Positions 30,694 through 41,413 of a stretch of DNA of 64,000 nt are shown here, one piece after another. Origin of the DNA: an uncultured Thermodesulfobacteriota bacterium (GTDB lineage Bacteria; Desulfobacterota; GWC2-55-46; JADFVP01); NCBI GenBank assembly GCA_964510775.1, contig CAZEBZ010000002.1:8447-72446 (forward strand), written 5' to 3'. The position numbers and the translations under genes were made by a program. The notes beneath the pieces are model-generated. The model made no database searches. It was not told the DNA's origin and saw only the letters and a list, made by a program, of their open reading frames with translations. Position 1 is the stretch's first letter. Each line of letters opens with the position of its first letter.

Positions 30694-31806
30694 TCATGAT
30701 GACGACTCACGATGAAGCATATATATGTTGAGCAGTATGCCTACGGCTATCATATTAATTACAAGAGAGCTGCCGCCGTAACTGATAAAGGGCAGCGTAA
30801 GCCCCTTTGGCGGAAGAAGCCCCATGACAACGGCCATGTTTATGGCCGCCTGCATGGCGACCATTATCGTAAGCCCAAGGGCGAGATAGGCCCCGAATAG
30901 ATCCTTTGCCTTAAGGGTTATCTTTATCCCTGATACAAGAAAAACAACATAAAAGGCTATTACAAGGCCTACGCCAACAAGGCCAAGCTCCTCACCGATA
31001 ACGGAGAGAATAAAATCAGTATGAGCTTCGGGCAGATAAAAGAGCTTCTGCATACCCTCGCCAAGCCCCACACCTGTTACCCCGCCTGAACCAAAGGCGA
31101 GAAATGACTGCACCATCTGAAACCCCGCGCCAAGAGAATCCTTCCATGGATCCATAAATATAAGAAGACGTTTTGCCATATAGGCGTGCCTGTATATTAC
31201 AAAGATAATAATCGGCACAAAGGGCACGAAGATTCCGAGCAGATGTCTTAATCTTACACCTCCGGCAAAGCACATGATAAGCACCAGGGCCGAGAGCGTA
31301 AGGGACGTGCCAAGGTCAGGCTCCATGAGGACAAGGAGGATAAAGACGCCGGGAATAATAATATTTGGCAAAAAACCAAAGCAAAAATCCTTTATCCTCT
31401 CGGCCTTACTCGAGAGCGAGTATGCGAGAAAGACGACGATTGCTAACTTCGCGGGCTCTGAGGGCTGAAAGGCAATAGGGCCAAGATGCACCCAGCGCCT
31501 CGCGCCTCCTGCCTTAAAACCAAATCCCGGAACATATATTAAGAACATGAGACAAAAGGCTATTATAAGTATTGGGTACACAAGCCTGCGGTAGAGCGTA
31601 TAGGGAATACGCGAGGCCGCAACGAGGAGAACAAGCCCGATGAAGGCGAATGTAAGGTGCTTTTTCATAAAGAAAAACTCGTCTCCAAAACGGTTCATAG
31701 CCACGATATAACTCGTGGAATAGACCATTACCACGCCCATAACAAGAAGAGCGAGAGCCGAGAGAACAAGAAACCTGTCTGTATCACCTAACTTCAATGA
31801 GACCAT
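30694..31806 (-). CDS. ftsW: Peptidoglycan glycosyltransferase FtsW (SEDS family)
   Basis: 370 aa, 10-TM SEDS protein located between murD and murG. Confidence 0.9.
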   Translation of the reverse strand: MVSLKLGDTDRFLVLSALALLVMGVVMVYSTSYIVAMNRFGDEFFFMKKHLTFAFIGLVLLVAASRIPYTLYRRLVYPILIIAFCLMFLIYVPGFGFKAGGARRWVHLGPIAFQPSEPAKLAIVVFLAYSLSSKAERIKDFCFGFLPNIIIPGVFILLVLMEPDLGTSLTLSALVLIMCFAGGVRLRHLLGIFVPFVPIIIFVIYRHAYMAKRLLIFMDPWKDSLGAGFQMVQSFLAFGSGGVTGVGLGEGMQKLFYLPEAHTDFILSVIGEELGLVGVGLVIAFYVVFLVSGIKITLKAKDLFGAYLALGLTIMVAMQAAINMAVVMGLLPPKGLTLPFISYGGSSLVINMIAVGILLNIYMLHRESSS

Positions 31807-31825
31807 ATACCTCTACCTCTGTGCC

Positions 31826-33259
31826 TTAACTAAGGGCCTTCACAAGGGCGGTAAAGCGTGCGCCCCGCTCCTTAAAATCCCTGAACATATCAAAACTCGA
31901 GCACGCAGGTGAGAGCAGTACCGTATCACCTGCCGCGGCCTCTTTTGCCGCCGCCTCCACTGCCTCTTCCATAGTAGAGACAGCCTGAACATCGACAATA
32001 TCTGAAAAAGACTCCCTTAATCTGCCGGCGCCCTCGCCCAAAACAATAAGGAGGCGTACCTTATCTGCCATAATTTCACGAAGCGCAGTATAATCACCGC
32101 CCTTATCCCGTCCGCCGGCGATAAGGATAACAGGGGCCGCAGTGCTTCGAAGCGCCATCATAAGGGCCCCTGTATTCGTACCCTTGGAGTCATTAATAAA
32201 TCGTACACCGCCGCGCTCCCTTACAAGCTCCATCCTGTATCGAAGCCCATGAAAAGACCTTAACCCCTCTTGTACATCACCGCTGCTCACACCGCAGAGG
32301 CGAAGAGCTGCGATGGCGGCCATTGCGTTCTCCATGTTATGCAGCCCTGTAAGAGACGTACCCTCGAGGGGATACTCCTCAACAAGACCGTCTTTTCTGT
32401 ACAATACATCTGTCCCTCTAATACATAGACCGTTATCATCATCAGAAGAGCAGTTAAAGGGTACTCGTATTGCCTCGCCGTGAGAAGAGGCCTCGACGTC
32501 GAGGGTCTCGTCGTGAATAAGGGCGTCAGCGGCGTTCACCACTGCAAAGTCCCTCCTCTGCTGATTATCAAAGAGCCTGAACTTCACGGCGGCGTACTCC
32601 TCAAAGCCGCTGTACCTGTCAAGGTGGTCATCAGTAATATTAAGGAGTATGGCAACGTGGGGGCGAAAGGTCACGATTGACTCAAGCTGAAAGCTGCTTA
32701 CCTCAAGGACGCATATTTTAGCCTGCGACTCGTCGAGAAAATAATCAACTGCAGGCGTGCCGATATTACCGCCTACAAAGACGCTTACACCTGCGGCCTC
32801 AAGCACAGAGCCGATAAGGGAGGTTACCGTGGATTTTCCATTCGTTCCCGCTATGGCTATTATAGGCACGGTGATAAAACGGCTCGCAAGCTCAAGGCCG
32901 CCTATGACCTCTACGCCTCTGGCGCGGGCCTGCTTAAGGAGAGGGTCTGAGGCTGGGAAACCGGGGCTTAAAACAATAAGCTCGGCATCTTCGAAATCAC
33001 CAGACCTAAGCCCTCCGGCCTTTACCTTTACACCCATTTTTCTAAGGTCTTCAGCGCCTGCAAGGAGGCCTTCGTCTCTGCTGTCAACAACACTTACAGA
33101 GGCGCCCCTTCTTGATAAAAACCTCGCAACAGAGCGCCCCGTAAGGCCAAGGCCTACGACAAGCACCTCACGCCCGGCGAGCGCCTCTACGGGACTTGAG
33201 CTATCCATACCGTGAGACTGACTCATCACACTCTCTATCTCCCCGCTGCTCTCAATCAC
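31826..33259 (-). CDS. murD: UDP-N-acetylmuramoylalanine--D-glutamate ligase MurD
   Basis: 477 aa Mur ligase (GTNGKST). The true start may be 10-20 codons downstream of the ORF start. Confidence 0.9.
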   Translation of the reverse strand: MIESSGEIESVMSQSHGMDSSSPVEALAGREVLVVGLGLTGRSVARFLSRRGASVSVVDSRDEGLLAGAEDLRKMGVKVKAGGLRSGDFEDAELIVLSPGFPASDPLLKQARARGVEVIGGLELASRFITVPIIAIAGTNGKSTVTSLIGSVLEAAGVSVFVGGNIGTPAVDYFLDESQAKICVLEVSSFQLESIVTFRPHVAILLNITDDHLDRYSGFEEYAAVKFRLFDNQQRRDFAVVNAADALIHDETLDVEASSHGEAIRVPFNCSSDDDNGLCIRGTDVLYRKDGLVEEYPLEGTSLTGLHNMENAMAAIAALRLCGVSSGDVQEGLRSFHGLRYRMELVRERGGVRFINDSKGTNTGALMMALRSTAAPVILIAGGRDKGGDYTALREIMADKVRLLIVLGEGAGRLRESFSDIVDVQAVSTMEEAVEAAAKEAAAGDTVLLSPACSSFDMFRDFKERGARFTALVKALS

Positions 33260-33265
33260 TACTCA

Positions 33266-34339
33266 TTACCTTATCTTCAGTGTACTAACGGCGATAAGCG
33301 CCAATATTATCGAAATTATCCAGAAACGTACTATTATCTTTGGCTCGGCCCAGCCCTTCAGCTCGTAATGGTGATGAATAGGGGCCATAGCAAAGACACG
33401 CTTACCCGTAAGCTTAAAAGAACCCACCTGACACATCACCGAGAGGGCCTCTACGACGAATATGCCTCCAACTATAAGCAGCAGCGCCTCCTGCTTGGTC
33501 ATAACAGCGATAGTGCCGAGAACCCCGCCAAGAGACAATGAACCCACGTCCCCCATAAAGACCTGAGCAGGGTATGTGTTAAACCATAAAAAACCAAGAC
33601 TTGCTCCAACCACTGCGCCGGCAAAGACAGTAATCTCCGCCGCGTTTGCTACATGGAGTATGTGAAGATAAGCGGCTATCTTCGCGTGCCCTGTTATGTA
33701 GGCAAGGAGCATATAAGTGGCCATAGAGATTATCATAGGGCCGATGGCAAGGCCGTCAAGGCCGTCCGTAAGGTTAACGGCGTTTGATGAGCCCACTATC
33801 ACGCACATAACAAAGGGTATGTACAAAAATCTCATATCAAAGGCCGCGTCCTTGAAAAATGGTATAGTCACCACTGTATCAAAACCCGTGGCATAGAGAA
33901 AAACCCCAACGATAAAGGCAACAACGAGCTGGGCGCCGAGCTTTCTTGAGGCCGTCAATCCTTTCTTGTCCCGCTTCATCACCTTCTTCAGATCATCTAC
34001 AAAACCTATTGCCCCCATGGAGACAATTACAAAGAGCAGAATCCATATAAAAGAGTTGGAAAAATTACCCCAGAGCATGACGGAAAAGAGGATTACAAGT
34101 AGAATTATCGCTCCGCCCATAGTGGGAGTCCCCTCTTTACTGGCATGAGTTGAAGGGCCATCGCTTCGAATCACGTCCTGCACCTTCAGCCTCTTGAGTT
34201 TTCTTATGAGGTATGGCCCAAGAACAAAACTCAGAACAAGAGACGTTACGGCGGCGTATATAGTCCTAAACGTAATGTACTGAAATACGTTAAAGATCGT
34301 GTGAAACTCTGAAAGAGGAAATAAAAAATGATAAAGCAT
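33266..34339 (-). CDS. mraY: Phospho-N-acetylmuramoyl-pentapeptide transferase MraY
   Basis: 357 aa polytopic protein with MraY signatures ([18 protein letters not shown]). Confidence 0.95.
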   Translation of the reverse strand: MLYHFLFPLSEFHTIFNVFQYITFRTIYAAVTSLVLSFVLGPYLIRKLKRLKVQDVIRSDGPSTHASKEGTPTMGGAIILLVILFSVMLWGNFSNSFIWILLFVIVSMGAIGFVDDLKKVMKRDKKGLTASRKLGAQLVVAFIVGVFLYATGFDTVVTIPFFKDAAFDMRFLYIPFVMCVIVGSSNAVNLTDGLDGLAIGPMIISMATYMLLAYITGHAKIAAYLHILHVANAAEITVFAGAVVGASLGFLWFNTYPAQVFMGDVGSLSLGGVLGTIAVMTKQEALLLIVGGIFVVEALSVMCQVGSFKLTGKRVFAMAPIHHHYELKGWAEPKIIVRFWIISIILALIAVSTLKIR

Positions 34340-34345
34340 ATACTC

Positions 34346-35770
34346 CTAACCTAATGCCTCGCAAGAGGCGTCTCTCTGTGATTTCAGCCCCTCGGCGATA
34401 TACTCAAGCCCCGCCGCTCTTGAGGCCTTTACAAGGACTGCATCTCCCTCTCTTAATATAAAAGCGCGAAGAGCCGCGAGGGCCTCGCACTTATCCTCAA
34501 AGGCAAATATCCTCTTCTCTGACATGCCCCCCTCAAGTGCCCCTGCCGCCACATCATTGGCGCGCCCTCCAACGGCTACGATAATCCCAAGACCAAGCTC
34601 CGCGCAGAGCCTGCCGACCTCGCGATGGGCCTCCTCGGCGCCGCCGCCTAACTCATGCATCTCACCTATTACGGCAACCCTTCTGCCCGCGCCTGCCACA
34701 TTCGAGAGGCTGCGAAGAGCAGCTCCCATAGAATCAGGGTTCGCGTTATAAGTATCATCAATAAGAGTAACAAGGCCGGTAACGGTAACCTCCATCCTCC
34801 CGCCAAGCCCCTTAAAGGCCTCAAGGCCGCCTATGATATCATCAAGATAAACGCCAAAGGGTAACGCGGCGGCTATAGCGGCAAGGGCGTTTGCTACGTT
34901 AAAAGCCCCTGGAACACCGAGCCTTACGTCAAAGACCTGCCCGCGCACGTCAAGGGTTACAAGGGCGCCCTCAATTGCGCCACCCTCTCTCACCTCAACA
35001 ACCCTTACATCTGCTACCCTCTCTTTGCTAAAAGTAACGACCTCTCTTCCGGAACGTCTCAACTCCTGCAGATCCGAGGCCTTTACGGCAAGAGGGTCGT
35101 CTATATTAACTACCTTCACACATGAAAGCCCGGCGAGCTCGTATAAGAGACCCTTCTCGGCGCCAATAGCATCGATACTCTCAAAGTTCTCAAGGTGCGC
35201 ACTGCCTATATTTGTAATAAGAGCAACATCAGGAGCGGCAATCTCAACAAGCCTCTCCATCTCACCGGGCTCGCTTATACCAAGCTCCACGACGGCGGCG
35301 GCTACTGCGCCATTAAGGCCCAGAAGCGTAAGGGGCAGCCCTATCAGGTTATTTTTATTGCCCTCTGTCTTTAATACTGAACGGTCGCGAGAGAGTATCG
35401 CGGCTATCATCTCCTTTGTCGTCGTCTTGCCGCAGCTTCCGGCAACGGCAACAAGGGGCGTCTTGAAAGACCCTCTCACAGAGGCCGCTAAGTCTCCAAG
35501 AGCCCTTACCGTATCCTCTACCATAAAGACCCTGCCAAGCACGTGGCTAATAGGCATGCCCCCTCTCTGCACCATTACGGCAGAGGCGCCCTTCTTAAAG
35601 GCCTCCTCACAGAACCTGGAGCCTTTGTAGTTAGGGCCCTTTATCGCCACATATAACTCACCGGCCCTTATAGTCCTCGTATCAATGGATATACCTGAGG
35701 CAGAACCATTACCCGCTGCTCGCGAGCATATACCGCCTGTTGCCTCAAGTATCTTCTCAAAAGTAATCAC
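34346..35770 (-). CDS. murF: UDP-N-acetylmuramoyl-tripeptide--D-alanyl-D-alanine ligase MurF
   Basis: 474 aa Mur ligase (GSCGKTTTK) at the position expected for murF. Confidence 0.85.
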   Translation of the reverse strand: MITFEKILEATGGICSRAAGNGSASGISIDTRTIRAGELYVAIKGPNYKGSRFCEEAFKKGASAVMVQRGGMPISHVLGRVFMVEDTVRALGDLAASVRGSFKTPLVAVAGSCGKTTTKEMIAAILSRDRSVLKTEGNKNNLIGLPLTLLGLNGAVAAAVVELGISEPGEMERLVEIAAPDVALITNIGSAHLENFESIDAIGAEKGLLYELAGLSCVKVVNIDDPLAVKASDLQELRRSGREVVTFSKERVADVRVVEVREGGAIEGALVTLDVRGQVFDVRLGVPGAFNVANALAAIAAALPFGVYLDDIIGGLEAFKGLGGRMEVTVTGLVTLIDDTYNANPDSMGAALRSLSNVAGAGRRVAVIGEMHELGGGAEEAHREVGRLCAELGLGIIVAVGGRANDVAAGALEGGMSEKRIFAFEDKCEALAALRAFILREGDAVLVKASRAAGLEYIAEGLKSQRDASCEALG

Positions 35771-37293
35771 AGAGCGCCCTCCATTGCCCAGCGAAGCTCA
35801 AGGGCATCCTCAAAGTGAGACCTTACCTTGCCTCTTATCTGATAATCCTCATGCCCTTTGCCTGCTACGAGCAGGGTATCTGATGAGCCTGCCAGAGCCA
35901 CGGCCTCTGTTATAGCCTCTCTTCTATCAGGGCAAACCATATAGACTTTCCCCCCAGAGGGTATCTTATGCTTATTCTCTTCTAACTCTACCTTTGTTAT
36001 GCCCCTTAAACCATGCTCTATATCACAGATAATCCCCATAGGATCCTCGTCACGGGGGTTATCGGATGTAAGTATAATAACGTCGGCGAGTCTTGCCGCG
36101 GCCTCGCCCATTTCGCTGCGCTTTGTCCTGTCTCTGTTGCCGCCGCAGCCAAATACGAGAATAATCCTTCCCTCTGACATTTCTCTAATGGTTGAGAGTA
36201 CGCGCAGAAGGGCATCGGGCGTATGAGCATAATCCACATATGCCCTGTAGGGCAGCTCGACGCCGGGAAGCGAGATCCTCTCGAACCTGCCCGGCACGCC
36301 GCAGAGCGCCTTTATTCCCTCCTCTATCTTAACGCCGTCAATACCGAGGCCAACACATACACCTATCGCGGAGAGGATATTATATACGTTAAACCTGCCC
36401 GTCATACTCGTAGAGACTGAGACCTCTGCAGAGGGCGTTACAACAAGGGCCTCTATACCCTCAGGTCTCACGGAGAGCCCGCGCGGGTGTATATCCGCCT
36501 CTTTCTCCATTCCTGTTGTAAGAAGACCGGGGAGCGATGCGGCAAGACGGCTGCCCCAGGGATCGTCTATATTTACTACTGATAGACCGCCTGCCTTTAA
36601 GAGGGTAAATAATAAAGACTTGGCGCGGTAATATTCCTCAACAGTGGAGTGATAATCCATGTGCTCGTGAGTAAGGTTTGTAAAGACGGCCGCGTCGAAC
36701 TTGCACCCGGAGACGCGTTTTTGAGCAAGTCCGTGTGAGGACACCTCCATGGCGCAGTGCGTAACTCCGGCGCCGCGCATATCATGCAGCAGCCTCTGCA
36801 GTGAGGGCGCCCCGGGAGTAGTATTTGGCGCCGGCACCTCACCGCCCTTGAACCTGTAGTTAACCGTACCGATAACTCCTGTCTCAAAGCCGCAGGCACG
36901 AAATATTGCCTCCAGTATATAAGTAACCGTTGTCTTGCCGTTAGTGCCCGTTACACCTACAAGGGTAAGGCCTGCTGAGGGCTCACCGTAGATGCTCGCC
37001 GAGACCCTTCCAAGGGCCTCTCTTACGTCAGGGACTATAATCTCCGTAATGGCTACGCCTCTGTCTTCAAGCTTCAGAGGCCTCTCAGTCATAACGCAGC
37101 GCGCACCCTTATCAAGGGCCTCACCTATAAAGGCGTGTCCATCTGCGACCTCGCCAGAGACAGCCGCAAAGAGAGAGCCGCCGTGCAGCGCAGACCTCGA
37201 ATCGCAGGAGATATCGCTAATCTCTATCTCATCAGAACCGATTATCCTGCATCCCTCAAGCATATCGCGCAGCTCACTAACCTTCATCAACAT
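35767..37293 (-). CDS. murE: UDP-N-acetylmuramoyl-L-alanyl-D-glutamate--2,6-diaminopimelate ligase MurE
   Basis: 508 aa Mur ligase (GTNGKTT) with a DNPR motif near the C-terminus, consistent with meso-DAP specificity. Confidence 0.9.
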   Translation of the reverse strand: MLMKVSELRDMLEGCRIIGSDEIEISDISCDSRSALHGGSLFAAVSGEVADGHAFIGEALDKGARCVMTERPLKLEDRGVAITEIIVPDVREALGRVSASIYGEPSAGLTLVGVTGTNGKTTVTYILEAIFRACGFETGVIGTVNYRFKGGEVPAPNTTPGAPSLQRLLHDMRGAGVTHCAMEVSSHGLAQKRVSGCKFDAAVFTNLTHEHMDYHSTVEEYYRAKSLLFTLLKAGGLSVVNIDDPWGSRLAASLPGLLTTGMEKEADIHPRGLSVRPEGIEALVVTPSAEVSVSTSMTGRFNVYNILSAIGVCVGLGIDGVKIEEGIKALCGVPGRFERISLPGVELPYRAYVDYAHTPDALLRVLSTIREMSEGRIILVFGCGGNRDRTKRSEMGEAAARLADVIILTSDNPRDEDPMGIICDIEHGLRGITKVELEENKHKIPSGGKVYMVCPDRREAITEAVALAGSSDTLLVAGKGHEDYQIRGKVRSHFEDALELRWAMEGAL

Positions 37294-37314
37294 CCCTTCC
37301 CTCTCTCCGCCCCT

Positions 37315-39270
37315 TTACTTAAACCAGACCCTTACTGTCTTCACGCCCTTTAAGGGGCTGCCCGGCCTCGGGCTCTGACGTACGGCAAGACCTCCGCCTA
37401 TCATCTTAATATCAAAGACGCCATCCCTTGAGACCCTCATGGCCCTTCTCATCGTTAACCCCGTGAAATCAGGGGTCAAACCCTTCTTCGTCCTCATCCT
37501 CTCTGACCTTACGGCGCGGCCTTTTTTCGTCCCCCGACGTGCCCTCTTGGCGTTCCTTACCGCTTTGCCGCCTTCAGGGGTAATACCGAGATAGGAAAGA
37601 CTCTTTGAGGCTATCTCCTTAAATACCGGGGCCGCCACCTCGCCGCCGTAATGGCCCTTTTGAGGCTCATCAAGTGTAACAACGATAATAAGCGCCGGAT
37701 CCTCGGCGGGGACAAAACCAAAGAAACTCGATACATAGGCATGGCTGCGGTAACCGCCGTGCTCAAAATCGGGTTTTTGCGCCGTACCTGTCTTTCCAGC
37801 CACCTCAAAACCTGCGATAGAGGCCTTTGTTCCCGTGCCGTCAGGGCCTGTTACACCTCTCATCATCGCGGTAACAGTCCTCGCCGTCTCGGCTGAAATT
37901 ACGCGCCTCACGATTACGGGATTATTGGCTTTCACTACCTCGCCGGCGCCGCTCTGTATCTCTTTTACGATATAGGGCTTCATAAGAAACCCTCCATTTG
38001 CTACGGCTCCAAGGGCCGTTGCGAGCTGAATGGACGAGACTGCTACGCCCTGACCAAAAGAGAGGGTATGAAGCGTCACGCCTGACCACTTATCGAGCTT
38101 AAGAAGCGAGCCACTCGTCTCTCCCGGCAGATCAAGACCAGTCTTGGCGCCCATGCCAAAGGCGCTAAAGTATCTGTACAGAGTCTCTCTACCCATCTTC
38201 TCGGCTATCTTTGAGGCGCCGATATTGCTTGAGTACTTTATTATATTCGATACTGAGAGCCAGCCTTTTTTCTCGGCGTCATGCAGCACACGGTCGGCTA
38301 CTCTGTACTTACCGTTCTCGCAGAAAAATATATCGTCAGGCTTAACAATGCCCTCCTCAAGGGCTCCTGCCACGACAAAGACCTTTGCCACAGAGCCCGG
38401 CTCAAAGGCATCAGTAACAGTTCGGTTACGCCATAGACCAGGTGATGTGCGGCGAAAATTATTAAGATCAAAACCAGGTGCCGTGGCCATGGCAAGAACC
38501 TCGCCCGTAGCAGGGGATAATACCACCGCCGTTCCTCCCTTGGCCTCGGTCTTATCCATAGCTCTCTGAAGAGCGCGCTCTGTTATATACTGAATACTCT
38601 TATCAATGGTAAGCTCAACACTCATGCCCTCCACAGGCACAACATTACCTGTATCGCCAAAGAGCATTAGCCGGCCCCTTGCGTCGCGGCCTCCGCTTAT
38701 CTTTCGAGCAGTGCCGCGAAGATAAGTATTGTATGAATGCTCTATACCCTCAAGGCCGTTAGAGTCTACGCCCGTAAAACCTATGAGGTTAGAGGCAAGG
38801 CCCTTATTCGGATAATAACGCCTGCTCTCCTTGATTAAACCAACACCTCTCATGGCAATTATCTTCTCCCGCTCAGCTGGCCCCAGGTCTATCTGACGCT
38901 TCAACCAGACAAAGCCCTTGCCTGAGGAGAGTGTATGACTGATTTGCGAGACCTTGAGGCCCGTAAGAGGGGCAAGCGCCCTTGCCACACTCCTCTTTGA
39001 TTTTATCTGCGACGGCCTCGCGTAGATAGAATCAACATCAATGCTGATGGCGAGTGCCTTGGAATTCCTGTCGTAGATATCACCGCGCTTTGAGCGCAGT
39101 TTTACAGAGCGAACGTGCTGTCTTGAGGCCATAGCCTTTAGCGAGGCGCTCTCTACCACCTGAAGCTGAAAGGCCCGCATAAATATAAGCGAATAGGCCA
39201 GGACAAAAAAAGCAAGGACAATAAATACCCTGGGTCTGAAGTAATTTTTTTTCTTCTTTTTCTTTCTCAC
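37315..39270 (-). CDS. ftsI: Peptidoglycan D,D-transpeptidase FtsI (PBP3, class B PBP)
   Basis: 651 aa with an N-terminal TM segment, a dimerisation domain, and transpeptidase motifs (SVAK, SSN, KTGT). Confidence 0.9.
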   Translation of the reverse strand: MRKKKKKKNYFRPRVFIVLAFFVLAYSLIFMRAFQLQVVESASLKAMASRQHVRSVKLRSKRGDIYDRNSKALAISIDVDSIYARPSQIKSKRSVARALAPLTGLKVSQISHTLSSGKGFVWLKRQIDLGPAEREKIIAMRGVGLIKESRRYYPNKGLASNLIGFTGVDSNGLEGIEHSYNTYLRGTARKISGGRDARGRLMLFGDTGNVVPVEGMSVELTIDKSIQYITERALQRAMDKTEAKGGTAVVLSPATGEVLAMATAPGFDLNNFRRTSPGLWRNRTVTDAFEPGSVAKVFVVAGALEEGIVKPDDIFFCENGKYRVADRVLHDAEKKGWLSVSNIIKYSSNIGASKIAEKMGRETLYRYFSAFGMGAKTGLDLPGETSGSLLKLDKWSGVTLHTLSFGQGVAVSSIQLATALGAVANGGFLMKPYIVKEIQSGAGEVVKANNPVIVRRVISAETARTVTAMMRGVTGPDGTGTKASIAGFEVAGKTGTAQKPDFEHGGYRSHAYVSSFFGFVPAEDPALIIVVTLDEPQKGHYGGEVAAPVFKEIASKSLSYLGITPEGGKAVRNAKRARRGTKKGRAVRSERMRTKKGLTPDFTGLTMRRAMRVSRDGVFDIKMIGGGLAVRQSPRPGSPLKGVKTVRVWFK

Positions 39271-39623
39271 TTCCCAACCCTTATAATTTGTCCCTCACCG
39301 GGGTGCACAAGGCCCAACTCCTCTACTGCTATTGCCTCAATGCGGCGGGGTGCTTTAAGACGCAGATACTCTATCTTCAGCCGCCTGTTCTGCTCCACAA
39401 GGGCGTTTCTATCCATATTGGCGCGAGATATCTCATATCCCATGCCCACCACCGTCAGCCTGCACCAGATATAGAGAAAAAGCACGCCTATGAGGGCCAG
39501 AGAAGCGAGTATCGCCGAGAAAAGAAACCTCACATCGCGCGGGTCTCTACTCGAGCGAACCCTCTGTCCCGCCAGGTGCTGGCTAAGGCCAAATATTCTG
39601 CTAAATGTCTGCGACAATTCCAC
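39267..39623 (-). CDS. ftsL: Cell division protein FtsL
   Basis: 118 aa bitopic coiled-coil protein positioned between rsmH and ftsI. Confidence 0.6.
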   Translation of the reverse strand: MELSQTFSRIFGLSQHLAGQRVRSSRDPRDVRFLFSAILASLALIGVLFLYIWCRLTVVGMGYEISRANMDRNALVEQNRRLKIEYLRLKAPRRIEAIAVEELGLVHPGEGQIIRVGK

Positions 39624-39662
39624 TACCTCTTTTTACCCTATTTTATAATAACAAGGACGTAC

Positions 39663-40595
39663 TTAAATCTTCTCAACTGCCCGCAGCTTCGCGCTCCTCG
39701 CCCGCGGGTTCTCTGCTATCTCATCGGCCTCTGCCGTAACTACTTTTCCTGTAAGGAGACGTAGCGAGGGTTTTTTACCGCATAAACAAAGAGGCAGCCC
39801 AGAGGGGCATTCACAGGGATAGGCCCTATCCCTGAAGGCCTTCTTTACTATCCTGTCCTCTAATGAGTGGTACGATATTACTACCATGCGCCCGCCGCTC
39901 TTAAGGATATCAATGCCCGCGGCAAGGCCCTCTTCAAGGGACTCCAGCTCATTGTTTACGGCTATCCTCAGGGCCTGAAAGACGCGAGTAGCCGGGTGTA
40001 TGCGAGTTCCGTGAAAACGCGCCGGTATTGCCGTGCAGATTAACTTCGATAGCTCGCCCGTTGTGGCGATGGGCTTTATGGCACGCGCCTGAACTACAGC
40101 GCGGGCAATCTTCCTGGAGAAACGCTCCTCTCCATAAGACCTGAAAATATCAGCAAGCTCCTCTACGCCAAGGGTATTTACAAGGATCGCGGCCGTAACA
40201 TCACCGCGCCTGTCCATCCTCATATCAAGGGGGGCATCGCCTCTGAAGCTAAAACCTCGCGCCGCCTCATCAAGGTGATGGGAAGATACTCCAAGGTCAA
40301 GCAGCATGCCGTCTATCTCCATAATCCCCCTCTCCCTCAGTACATCCCCTACCTCGCTAAAATTAGCCCTTATCAGTACAACTCTCTCTTTATAACTCTG
40401 AAGAACCTCACCTGCGCGCTCTATTGCCGCCTCATCGCCGTCTATGCCTATTAGGACACCATCAGGGGCCGAGGCCTTTAGTATGGCCAGCGAGTGACCA
40501 CCACCGCCGAGGGTACCGTCAACATATACGCCGCCGCGGCATTGAAGATAATAAATAACCTCGCGAGGCATTACAGGCCGATGAGAGTACTCCAT
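39663..40595 (-). CDS. rsmH: 16S rRNA (cytosine1402-N4)-methyltransferase RsmH (MraW)
   Basis: 310 aa. The N-terminus is HRPVM...VDGTLGGGGHS, the RsmH signature. Confidence 0.9.
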   Translation of the reverse strand: MEYSHRPVMPREVIYYLQCRGGVYVDGTLGGGGHSLAILKASAPDGVLIGIDGDEAAIERAGEVLQSYKERVVLIRANFSEVGDVLRERGIMEIDGMLLDLGVSSHHLDEAARGFSFRGDAPLDMRMDRRGDVTAAILVNTLGVEELADIFRSYGEERFSRKIARAVVQARAIKPIATTGELSKLICTAIPARFHGTRIHPATRVFQALRIAVNNELESLEEGLAAGIDILKSGGRMVVISYHSLEDRIVKKAFRDRAYPCECPSGLPLCLCGKKPSLRLLTGKVVTAEADEIAENPRARSAKLRAVEKI

Positions 40596-40597
40596 AA

Positions 40598-41032
40598 CTA
40601 AAGACCGAGACGCTCAAGGGTATTACCGATATCTTCTGTAGAGACTGCGCCCTCGGCCTTGTCCCAGGCCTCTTTAGCCCATATCTCAATCTGACGAAAG
40701 GCCCCTATGAGGACTACTTCCTTATCAAAACCAGCGTAATCGCGAAGCGACTGAGGTATAAGGATACGGCCAAGCCTGTCTATTGCACAGTCCGTGGCGC
40801 TTGAATAAAAAAAGCGGAGAAAGGCCCGCGTATCCTTCTTAAACTCGGGCAGCTCCGCTATCTTCGACTCCAGCTTATCCCACTCCATAAGTGGATAGGC
40901 TACGAGACAACCATCGTATGTGGTAACAACAAGGCGCGAATCATACCTCTCGTTAAGGGTCTCGCGAAGCCTCGAAGGGATGCTTAACCTGCCCTTAACA
41001 TCAATGGTATGTTCAAACCTGCCTCTGAACAT
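40598..41032 (-). CDS. mraZ: Transcriptional regulator MraZ
   Basis: 144 aa with a duplicated MraZ fold (DxxxR motifs). It is the first gene of the dcw cluster. Confidence 0.9.
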   Translation of the reverse strand: MFRGRFEHTIDVKGRLSIPSRLRETLNERYDSRLVVTTYDGCLVAYPLMEWDKLESKIAELPEFKKDTRAFLRFFYSSATDCAIDRLGRILIPQSLRDYAGFDKEVVLIGAFRQIEIWAKEAWDKAEGAVSTEDIGNTLERLGL

Positions 41033-41080
41033 TGTTCAGACCCCGCACTCTAACTCAAAGACCACGCCCTACTATAGGAC

Positions 41081-41130
41081 CATACCACCGTAGGCGGCTC
41101 TTATACCACTCTATACCACTTTATACCACT
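41081..41130 (-). promoter_or_regulatory. Putative MraZ operator: three exact direct repeats of TATACCACT (AGTGGTATA on the coding strand) at 10-bp periodicity, plus an upstream degenerate copy
   Basis: Positions 41101-41130 read ttataccact|ctataccact|ttataccact. The array sits 70-100 bp upstream of the mraZ start. MraZ proteins are known to bind direct repeat arrays with 10-bp phasing in their own promoter. Confidence 0.5.
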
Positions 41131-41413
41131 TACGCCTCAACTATATTCTCAGCGTGTTTTTTTGTCAAGTGATATTTGGGGTATTACAGGGGCAATTCGC
41201 ATTTTAATGGCGCGCTGAAGGCGGCCATCATAATTTTATGCCTGAAAGTGATGGTATAAATGGAATAAGTATGAGTTGAGAGATGATAAGGAAATATATG
41301 AGAGAGAAATGACAGCAGGTTTATTTCGAGGCAGAACTCTCTTACTATGCGAAGTAAAGTATCATATAGGAATATCTGTGAAGAGGAAGAAAAAGGGGGG
41401 CGGCCATGGTGTA

